Positions 54,587-64,000 of a stretch of 64,000 nucleotides of DNA are shown here, in pieces; the first letter of the stretch is position 1; the number at the start of each line of letters is the position of its first letter. A model generated the notes under the pieces. It saw only the letters and a program-made list of their open reading frames with translations, had not been told where the DNA came from and searched no databases. This DNA comes from Mobula hypostoma (Eukaryota). The DNA lies in assembly GCF_963921235.1 (NCBI RefSeq), contig NC_086097.1, forward strand, positions 69,504,001 to 69,568,000. Reading direction: 5' to 3'. Made by a program: the position numbers and the translations under genes.

Positions 54587-55989
54587 AACACTTTCAGTAC
54601 GCTGGATAAACTCAGCAAGTCGGGCAGCATCAGTTAGAAACGATGAGTGGACGTTTCGGGCCGGAACCCTTCGTCAGGACTGAAGAATGAAAGATAGGGA
54701 AGGATTTGAAGAATTCTTGTAGCTTCAGTTGAAAGACAAGTAATTTGAAAGTCAAAGGGGTGGGGGAGGGGAAGCATTGACGTCACAGCCCTGAAAACAA
54801 TGGGTAGTGGAAGAAGGAGGCGGAACCATGAGGGAGCTGGGGGAGGGGGCAGAGTGAAATAGGGATAGAGGAAGGGAGGGGGAGGGAATTACCGGAAATT
54901 GGAGAATTCTATGTTCATACCAAGGGGCTGGAGACTATCTGGAAGGTATATGAGGTGTTGCTCCTCCAACCTAAGTTTAGCCTCATCATGGCAGTAGAGG
55001 AGGCCATGTATGGACATATCTGAATGGGAATGGGAAGCAGAGTTGAAGTGGGTGGCTAACGGGAGATCCTGTCTGTTGTGGCGGACGGAGCAGAGGGGCT
55101 CGACGAAGTGGTCCCCCAATCTGCGTCAGGTTTCACCGATGTAGAGGAGGCCGCACCAGGAGCACCGGATGCAATAGATGACCCCAACAGACTCACAAGT
55201 GAAGTGTTGTCTCACCTGGAAGGACTGTTTGGGGCCCTGAATGGTTGCAAGAGATGAGGTGTAGGGACAGGTGTAGCATTTACGCTTACAGGGATAAGTG
55301 CCGGGTGGAAGATCAGTGGGGATGGACGTGCGGATAAGGGAGTCGTGGAGGGACTGATCCCTGCAGAAAGCTGAGAGGGGTGGAGAGGGAAAAATGTGTT
55401 TAGTGGTGGGGTCCTGTTGAAGGTGGCAGAAGTTGCGGAGGATAATGTGCTGGATCCGGAGGCTGGTGAGGTGGTAAGTAAGGACAAGGGGAACTCTGTC
55501 ACTGTTGTGGTTGTGGGAGGATGGGGTGAGGGCTGAAGTGCGGGAAATGGAGGAGATGCGGGTGAGGGCATCATTGATGACGATAGGAGGGAAACCACGA
55601 TCCTTAAAGAAAGAGGACATTTGAGATGTCCTGGAACGGAGAGCCTCATCCTCGGAGCAGATGCGGTGGAGATGGAGGAACTGGGAATAGGGAATGGCAT
55701 TTTTGCATGTGGCGGGGTGGGAAGAGGTATAGTTGAGGTAGTTAAGAGAGTCAGTGGGCTTGTAGAAGATGTCAGTGGACAGTCGGTGTCTCCAGAGATG
55801 GAGACCGAGACATCGAGAAAGGGGAGAGAAGTGTCCGAGATAGAGGAAGTGAATTTGAGGGCTGGGTGGAAGTTTGAAGTAAAGTCGATGAAATTGACGA
55901 GCCCAGCATGGGTGCAGGAAGCAGCACCAATGTAGTCGTCAATGTACCGAAGGAAAAGTTGAGGAGCAATACCAGAATAGGTTTGGATA
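54587..55989 (-). mobile_element. 5'-truncated Penelope-like element (RT C-terminus, GIY-YIG endonuclease, 3' end) nested in the Gypsy RT
   Basis: FRYIDDYIG near 55925-55952; VIYCIRCSWCGLLYIGET (ORF 55126..55620); 13-bp duplication ggtcaatagaggt (54574-54586) / ggccaatggaggt (55990-56002). Confidence 0.9.
54646..54682 (-). ncRNA. Minimal hammerhead ribozyme motif in the 3' end of the Penelope element
   Basis: reverse complement cagtc-CTGACGA-agggttccggccc-GAAA-c-GTC-cact; core intact, stem I mismatched next to the cleavage site. Confidence 0.7.
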
Positions 55990-57746
55990 GGCCAATGGAG
56001 GTGTTGAATGCTGTCTTCCTCTCAAGTTGTAAGCCTTGTGCAGATCTACAGTTCCTTGGAGAATATGGTTGCTCCTTGGAGATGTTCAACTGCAGAGGCA
56101 AGTAGAGGAAAGAAGGTAGTGGTTCTTCATTATGGTGTTGAGGAGCTGATAATCAATGCAGGGAAAGACCTTGCCATCCTTCTTGTTCACAAAAAGAAGC
56201 CCGCCCTGCTGGCAAGTTTGACGGACAGATAAATCCTCAGGCCATTGCCTCTTTGATGTATTTTTCCATGGCCACCATTTCAGGACCAGAGAAGGAAAAG
56301 AGCTGGCCATGAGGAGGACTAGTACTGGGTAAGATGTCAATGGCACAGTTGTATGGCCAGTGTGGAAGTAGAGAGGTGGTCACCTTCTTACTGAAAACCT
56401 CAAGGTTGGCATATTCAGCTGGAACACCAGGCAGATCCACTCTAGCAGTTGACACAGGAAGGGATATGCAGACAGGGGCTTGAGATGGACCCAAATAGAT
56501 AGATAGGCATGCCGGTCCCCACTTTTGGAGTATCTTTAGGGACCAGTCAATCCATGAGTTGTGTTGAGATAGCCAGAGAAGACCGAGCTTCAGCAGCAGT
56601 TTGAGTGAACCAACAAGATAGGAGGAGAGCTGTTCCCTGTGGTTGCCTTCTAGCACAAGTTGGAGGGGTTCTGTGGAAGCATGGATCTTGCCAGTGCCCG
56701 GAGACTGACCATCCAAAGCCTTGTCATTGATATTTTCTCTCAATTGCTGAGTCAGATATATATCCATGCCCCAGAGTCAATAAATGCCTGGAGTTCATGG
56801 GTCTGAGACACCTGAGATGAGGTATCTGGGAGCATTACGTGATTCGGGGAAGATGATTGCAGTGTAAATTGATTCATCAGAATTCCCCTTCTGCTGATAT
56901 ATATCCTCTTCCTGGGAACTTGGGACATGATAGCCAGAAGTGCCTTGGAGTGCCACAGTAGAGGCAGGAACCTGTTCTCCTGTGCCAATCTCACTCCTCC
57001 AGAGGTAGGTGTATGTGCCCCACCTGCATAGGCTGCTCCGCTGCTTGTGTACTGGGTGATGAGGGAAAGGGTGAAGATAGATGATCGAAGGACTAGGAAG
57101 TTAGGGGCATTCTTTCTCTGCGCCATTCAGTCGCCCAGTTGTCAATCCGAGTAGCCAGATTTATTGGGTCATGCAGGCTGTCCTGCTCACCACGCATTGC
57201 GATCTTTTCCACTTAGCCCACACTGGAAAGCAGTGATCAGGATCTCTCGTTCCACCCCATCTCAACCGCAAGCTTGCAGAACTTTGCAAAGTAGCCCCTC
57301 CCTGTCCCTTTCCCTTGGCACAGGTCCAGGAGTTGGTGGGCTCTTAATCCCATACTGTAAGATCAAGCGCTCTCTTGAACTTGACTATAAATTGCTGGAA
57401 AGGCAGGCTGCAGGGGAACCTTGTTCTCGTAGAGCATTGAATGGGGCAAGTGGGGTTCTGTCTAAGTGATTCACCATGTAAGCCAGTTTACACACATCAT
57501 CACCAGACTGACCTGGCTGGGCTTGGAAAGTCAGCTTGCATTGGAGAATAAAATTCCTGCAGCAATTGGAGTCACCAGGGTACCTGTCTGGTGGAGGCAT
57601 ACTCAGTTCTGTCAGACTGTGTGATCTACCTCTGGCAGCACAGCCTACACTGACTAACTTCTCTCCTACCTGACCAATGAACCTCAGGGCCATGGTCAGC
57701 TGATCTCATGGACCTCTGCAGGGTTCATTTGGTGGTCGAGACCTGC

Positions 57747-58159
57747 TGACAGGGATGTGCAGAGGGAGTGACACTGAAGTGAATTGAACAGTTCCCTGAG
57801 TTTTAATAAGAACTGTGCAAAGTAAAAGGGAAAAAAAAACAATAAATACTGGGCCAATTGGGCCATAAACTAAGACTGTCAAACTAAAGCTCATGTTAAA
57901 CTAATACTAAATTAATTCTGCTCCTTTACAGCTTCAATCTAAGCTGTAGTTTTCTTTCTGAGAATGAGGACTAAGGTCAGCAGTGAGTGTAGACATCACT
58001 GTGCTTTGGTCAAGACTTGACAAGACTGAAACAAAAGAAAGGGAATTAAATACAACCACGATGAAACACTAACTGGCTGGAACATGCGTACTCATGAGTG
58101 CCATAGCTGCCCAGCTGTGAGGGCATCCAGACTCCACTGCAGAGTCTGTGGTTGTGATA
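57747..58159 (-). repeat. Candidate 5' LTR of the Gypsy element
   Basis: minus strand begins tatcac (degenerate TGTCAC), contains ATTAAA, ends tgtca, then gcaggtctcgaccaccaa-ATG AAC CCT GCA (MNPA, gag start-like). Confidence 0.55.
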
Positions 58160-58164
58160 CTATC

Positions 58165-58675
58165 TACATACAAGCCTTCTCCCCTAAACCTTCAATGTTT
58201 CAGAGAAAACTATCCGAGTTTGACCACCCTCATCTCAGAGATAATACTCTCTAATCCAGGCAGCATTATACTGAACCTGTTCTGTACCCTCTCCTTCATA
58301 TAACATGAAAAGCAGAACTGCACACAATAGTCCAAATGTGGCCGAAACAGTGCTTCATACAGCTGCAAGATACCTTCCTGACTATTAGACTCAGAACCCT
58401 GACTGATGAAAGCAAGTATGCAGTATGTTTTGTTTATCATCTTACCTACTTGTGTTTCAGGAACTGGGGACTTTGTCCCAAGGTCGTTCTCTACAACAAT
58501 GTCATTAGCTTTTTCCTTTTCTCTTATAATTGACATCCCAAAATGTAATACGTCACCCTCGTCAAGATTCAACTCCACCTTCTATTTGTCCACCCACATT
58601 TCCAGCTAATCTACATCTTGGGATATACTTCAACAAAGTTTTCACTATCCACAGCTCCACTAATTTTTGTATCAT
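58165..58675 (-). mobile_element. Degenerate CR1 3' coding fragment
   Basis: ORF 58210..58578 LYEALFRPHLDYCVQF. Confidence 0.7.
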
Positions 58676-61140
58676 CAAGGAAGTTATCAGAAAAGTTGAT
58701 GAAAGCAAGGCAGTGAATGTTGGCTACATGGACTTTTCAAAGGTCTCGCATTGTAGGTTGGTTAAGAAGGTTCACTCGCTTGGTTTTCAGGATGAGGTAT
58801 AAAATTGGATTAGACATTGGCTTCATGGGAGAAGCCAAAGGATGGTAGTAGACAGGACTACTATGACTATGTTCTGTGACTAGTGGAGTGCTACAGGGAT
58901 TGGTGCTGGGTCCATTGTTGTTTTCATCTATATCAATGATCTGGATAATCATGTAATAAACCGGGTCAGCAGATTTGCAGACGCGAAGAATCAGAACCAG
59001 AATCAGGTTTATTATCATTGGCATGTTCATTAAGTCTGTTAACTTAGCAGCAGCAGTTCAATGCAATACATAATATTGAAGAAGAACAAAAAAATAATAA
59101 ATAAGTAAATCAATTACAGTATATGTATAATAGATTAAAAATCATGCAAAAAAACAGAAGTAATATATTAAAAAGTGAGTAGTGTTCATGGGTTCAATGT
59201 CCATTTAGGAATCGGGTGGCAGAGGGGAAGAAGCTGTTCCTGAATCACTGAGTGTGTGCCTTCAGGTTTCTGTACCTCCTACCTGATTGGTAACAGTAAG
59301 GAAAGGGCATGCCTTGGGTGCGGGAGGTCCTTAATAATGGACGCTGCCTTTCTGAGATACCGCTCCTTGAAGATGTCCTAGGTACTTTGTAGGCTAGTAC
59401 TCAAAATGGAGCCGACTAAATTTACAACCCTCTGCAGCTTCTTTCAGTCCTGTGAAGTAGCTCCTCCATACCAGTGATGTAGCCTCTCAGAATGCTCTCC
59501 ACGGTACATTTATAGAAGTTTTTGAGTGTATTTGTTGTCATGCCAAATCTCTTCAAACTCCTAATGAAGTATAGTCGCTGTCTTGCCTTTATAACTGCAT
59601 CAATATATCGGGATCAGGTTAGGTCCTCAGAGATCTTGACACCCAAGAACTTGAAACTGCTCAATCTCTTCTCTTCTGATCCCTTTGAGGATTGGTATGT
59701 GTTCCTTCATCTTACCCTTCCTAAAGTCCACAATCAGCTCTTCCGTCTTACTGACGTTGAGTGCCAGGTTGTTGATGTGACACCACTCCACTAGTTGGCA
59801 TATCCCACTCCTGTACACCTTCTTGTCTTCATCTGAGATTCTACTAACAATGGTTATATCATCAGCAAATTTATAGATGGTATTTGAGCAGGCCTAGCCA
59901 CACAGTCATGAATATAGAGAGAATAGAGCAGTGGGCTAAGCACACACCCCTGAGGTTCACCAGTGTTGACCGTCAGTGAGGAGGAGATGTTATCACCAAT
60001 CCGCACAGATTGTGGTCTTCCGGTTAGGAAGTCGAGGATCCAATTGCAGAGGGAGGTACAGCGGTCTAGGTTCTGTAACTTCTCAATCAGGATTGTGGGA
60101 ATGATGGTGTTAAATGCTGAGCTATAGTCAATGAACAGCATCCTGAAATGGGTGTTTCTATTGTCCATGTGGTCTAAGGCTGCCTGGGGAAGTAGTGGGC
60201 AGTAAGGAAGGATGTCAAATCTTGCAGGATCTGGATGAGCTGGAAAAATGGGCTGAGAAATGGCAGATAGAATTTAATGCAGCTAAGTGTAAGGGGTTGC
60301 ACTTTGGGAGGACAAACCAGTGTAGGACTTAATTGGTGAGCAGTAGGGAACTGAGGAGTGCAGTAGGACAGAGGGATCTGGGAATACAGATTTATAATTC
60401 CTTCGAAGTGGTGTCACATGCAGATAGGGCCATAAAGAGAGCTTTTGGCATGTTGACCTTCATCAACTAAAGTATTGAGTACAGGAGCTGGGATGTTATG
60501 TTCAAATTGTATAAGGTGTTGGTGAGGTGTAATTTGGAATATTGTATCCTGTTCTGGTCACCTACCTACAGGAAAGATGGCAGTAGATTGAAAGAGTGCA
60601 GAGAAATTACAAGGATGTTGCCAGGACTCCAAGACCAGAGTTATAGGGAAAGGTTGAATAGATTAGGACCTTATTTCCTAGAGAGTAGGAGAATGAGGTG
60701 AGATTTAATTGAGGTATAAAAGATTGTGAGGGCTATAAAAAGGGTAATTGCCAAGAATAATCATGGTAATGAGACTGTGATTGCCTACATCATAGCACAC
60801 AGCACATAACGATAATGAAATAGGATAAATGCAAGTAGGCTTTTTCCACTGAGGTTGGGTGAGACTAGAACTAGAGGTCATGGGTTAAGGGTGAAAGGTG
60901 AAACATTTAAGAGTAACACGAGGGGGAACTTCACTCAGATGGTGGTGAAAATGTGGAATGAGCTGATGGTGGAAGTGTTGGATGGAGGTTCAATTTCAAC
61001 ATTTCGGAGAAATTGAGGTACATAGATGGGAGAGGTATGAAGGGCTATGGTCTGGGTGCAGGTCAATGGGACTAGGCAGATTATTAGTTTGGCATGCACT
61101 AGATGTCTGAAGGGCCTGTTTCTGTGCTGTACTATGACTA
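58676..61140 (+). mobile_element. Decayed CR1 RT fragment interrupted by a Rex1/Babar copy
   Basis: YMDFSK and SGVLQG before 58986; LEYCILFWSP (ORF 60498); CR1 tail gggcctgtttctgtgctgtac near 61110-61135. Confidence 0.8.
58987..60182 (-). mobile_element. Rex1/Babar-type LINE, 5'-truncated, nested in CR1
   Basis: ORF 59854..60168 [15 protein letters not shown]...[14 protein letters not shown]; (agaatc)n-like tail at 58987. Confidence 0.88.
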
Positions 61141-61479
61141 TTTGACTTCAAGCATGTGGGCACATAATTTCTTCGAAGGAAATGACGATGGCCTTTACGT
61201 ATTGGACCAATCAATTTGGGTCACGCAATAAATAACAGCATGTTGTGATTTCTCTTGATATTTGATTCTGTTGTAATTATTGTTTTGGATAAAACAGTCC
61301 TGGCCACTTTCAAACAGTTCAAGCATCCTGCATTCCAGTGTGCATAACTTGTTAATTATTCAGTGGTATAATCTGGGGTGTAAAAAAAACACATGACATC
61401 CCAGTTGACTGAGCATCATGTTTAATTCTTCACACTTCTGTGCTCTGCCAGTCTTTCAAAGGGCAGACAGAATGAGTTA

Positions 61480-61990
61480 AAATTCAAAGTAAATTTATTA
61501 TCAAAGTACGATGTACAGTATATGTTATCAAATACTACCCTGAGATTAATTTTCTTGCAGGCATTCCAAGAGAAGAAAGAAGTACAATAGAATCAGTGAA
61601 AACAATACATGAAGACTGACAAGCAACCAATGTGCAAAAGAAGTCAAATGGCAAATACAAAATAGAAACAAATGATAATAATAAATAATACTGAGAACAT
61701 GAGTTGTGGAGTCCTTGAAAGTGATTTCAATGATCAGTTCAGTGTTGTGGTAAGTGAAAATGTCCACACTGGTTCAGGAGCTTGATGGTTGAAGGATATT
61801 AACTGTTCCTGAACCTGGTAGTATGAGACTGAAGGCTCCTGAGCCTCCTTCCTGATAGTAGCAGCAAGAAGAGAGTTTGGTCTGGATGGTGGGGTCATTG
61901 ATGATAATGATGATGCTTTCTTGTGGCGATGCTCCTTGAAGATGTGCTCAATGGTGGGGAAGGCTTTTCTTCTGATGAACTGAGCCACTT
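61480..61990 (-). mobile_element. Rex1/Babar-type LINE 3' fragment
   Basis: same tail and ORF end as the 43470 copy (compare ORFs 61734..62024 and 43685..43927). Confidence 0.7.
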
Positions 61991-62311
61991 TTTTCATCTT
62001 TTCTGTTATTGTAGAGGATGACAAATCCGTTAAGTAGTTATTTCATGGAGATTGTCGGGTTGATTGTTGCAGAAGCGTTCATTTGTGCAAGTGGAGACAA
62101 TGTTATCTCATTTCCAACTTGCACCTTGTAGGGTGGTGGAAAGTCAGGAACTAAGTCAACAGGATACCCACTTCTGCTTTGCTCTTGTGGTCAGAGTACT
62201 TATGTAGCTGGTCCAGTTGGGTTTTGAGTTAATGGTCACTTTATATTCAAGGTGGTGATGGTGTGGAATTTAGCAGTGGATATGCTGTTATACGTAGGTG
62301 GATATCTAGAT

Positions 62312-63061
62312 CAGTGGTCTCCAACCACCGGGCCGCAAAGCATGTGCTACCGGGCCGCGAGGAAATGATATGATTTGGCGATATGAAACGATATGAGTCA
62401 GCTGCACCTTTCCTCATTCCCTGTCACGCCCACTGTTGGAACTTGAACACACACGAGGTCATTACCCACGCCTCATCCATGTCAGCGCGGGAAGAAGATC
62501 AACTCCTTGAGCTTGCAAATGACGGTGGGCTGAAAAGTACGTTTGACATAACATCTCTGCCGGCATTCTGGATCAAAGTCAAGGCTGAATATCCTGAGAT
62601 AACCACGAAAGCACTGAAAAAGTTGCTTCCATTTCCAACACCATATCTCTGCGAAGCGGGCTTTTCTGCAATGAATGCAACGAAAACTAAGTTGCGGAAT
62701 AGACTGGACACAAGGAACCCCCTTCGAGTATCGCTGTCTCCCATCACCCCTCGATGGGACAGTCTTGTTGCAGGGAAACAATCCCAGGGCTCGCACTGAT
62801 TCAGCGATATTGGTGTGTTGCAATGATTTTATATGTTCATACAGGGAAAATGTGTGCCGTGTGTTTAATATTAAATTCATTAGATAAACCCTTTTAGAAA
62901 TGAAATTGAGTGTGTTAGCCACTTATAAGTGACTTAACAGTTGACTTATCACCTATATTCCAGTCGTGATTAACACGCCGCCCCCCCACTGGTCGGCCGG
63001 TCCGCAAGAATATTGTCAATATTAAACTGGCCTGCGGTGCAAACAAGGTTGGGGACCCCTG
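62312..63061 (+). mobile_element. Non-autonomous hAT (Charlie/Buster-type) DNA transposon
   Basis: TIRs cagtggtctccaacc / ggttggggacccctg (13/15); 8-bp flanks atctagat / ggctagat; ORF 62383..62799 carries the hAT dimerization domain (FWIKVKAEYPEI..KALKKLLPFPTPYLCEAGFS...KTKLRNRL). Confidence 0.9.
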
Positions 63062-64000
63062 GGCTAGATTATCTCTTTACAATGGTAATTGACTGCAACT
63101 TGTGTTAACAACATTAACGCCCTTGGTTTGAAAGCAATCCTGGTATTATGGCATGCAGGCCTTGTCTGTTATATTTTGAGCAGCTGTGAGTGGAACTGGT
63201 CATTGTGCAGTCACTTCTGATTTTACTAGTAGAAGGGATAAAGCAACTGATAATAGATAGGCTGAGGAACTTCTGGATAACACTGCTAGAATTCCAACTA
63301 CCCTCCTTTGTGGATGGTATGACGTCAGCCTGGGAGAGGTTTCCCCTTTCTTGCTGTTTGCTGGGGATCATTGATCCCACATTCTGTCATATGTCATCTT
63401 ATTGTCAAAAAACTGACATTTTGACCATGCCTCTTGGATGTGGTTTTGTTCAGAGGACTGTAGTGTGGTTAGCCACCACATGGTTCTGTTGAAATCCAAA
63501 TTGAATCCATATGATTAGGCTGTGTTGCAAGGGCACTTGAAAGCCTACATTAGGAAGCCTTGTTTTGTAATTCTATTATTGGCAACAGTCTCCAGTGGAT
63601 AAGGAGACAAAATTTAGTTTTTCAACGGAGCTCCACATGCCAAACTGTTAAATTTACAGCAATTCTGCTCAATGTTTTGAACTATATGTTATAATTATTG
63701 GTAGCAACAGTGAATAAACACTCACTATGATGGCTTAAGGAATAGGTGGTGCCTTTTGTGAGATTTTGTGGAGCAGTATGGTTTACTGAGAGCAACTTGA
63801 ATTTGCGCTTTTTTCGGTTGTTTTTAAGTCATCAAGATGGGATTACTGCATTTGGTACTTTTGGTTATTGAAAGAGTTAGATGGAAATCTAGCTTGAATA
63901 TTTGGAAAGGATGGAACATCATTGCTGTAAATAGCATCACATTGCTGTAAATAATATCATGGAAGTATTGCTCTCATCTGTAACTGACAAGACAAAGTGG

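Larger units (their letters stand above)
52625..58159 (-). mobile_element. Decayed Ty3/Gypsy LTR retrotransposon (Sushi/chromovirus-like): 5' LTR, gag, PR, RT, RNase H, IN; 3' end missing
   Basis: gag PPPDRYPGDSNCCRNFILQC (ORF 57385..57693); protease AFIDSGA; RT FVNKKDG..CIDY, KTAFNT; IN SSGFHPQSNGQTERVNQELE and KLAPRYLGPF. Confidence 0.88.

Noticed and set aside
62383..62799. Domesticated ZBED/SCAND-like gene
   Set aside because: Only the hAT dimerization domain is present, inside TIRs and an 8-bp target site, which is typical of a deleted transposon
63918..63953. Short tandem duplication cattgctgtaaata x2
   Set aside because: Ordinary slippage duplication

Overview
This is AT-rich vertebrate genomic DNA, not prokaryotic. 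The repeat content (CR1 and Rex1/Babar LINEs, V-SINE, Penelope-like elements) suggests a cartilaginous fish, possibly a batoid; that assignment is inference. The + strand holds the last 15 coding exons of HEATR5A (7..42454). All introns are GT-AG and the phases are consistent, giving 2917 nt (about 971 codons plus stop), followed by a roughly 0.9 kb 3' UTR. The introns and the 21 kb downstream are filled with decayed transposons: two long CR1 copies with an SGNH-esterase ORF1, many Rex1/Babar fragments, two Tigger/pogo elements, a hAT (Charlie/Buster-type) element, a V-SINE, and a Sushi-type Ty3/Gypsy element with a Penelope element nested in its RT. The most notable non-coding signal is a set of Penelope-like 3' ends carrying minimal hammerhead ribozyme motifs. 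Several are inserted as fold-back (inverted) pairs with flanking direct repeats, and one has an intact ribozyme core on the HEATR5A pre-mRNA strand. I see no evidence of a wholly new multi-gene system; most ORFs in the ORF track are transposon debris or noise.
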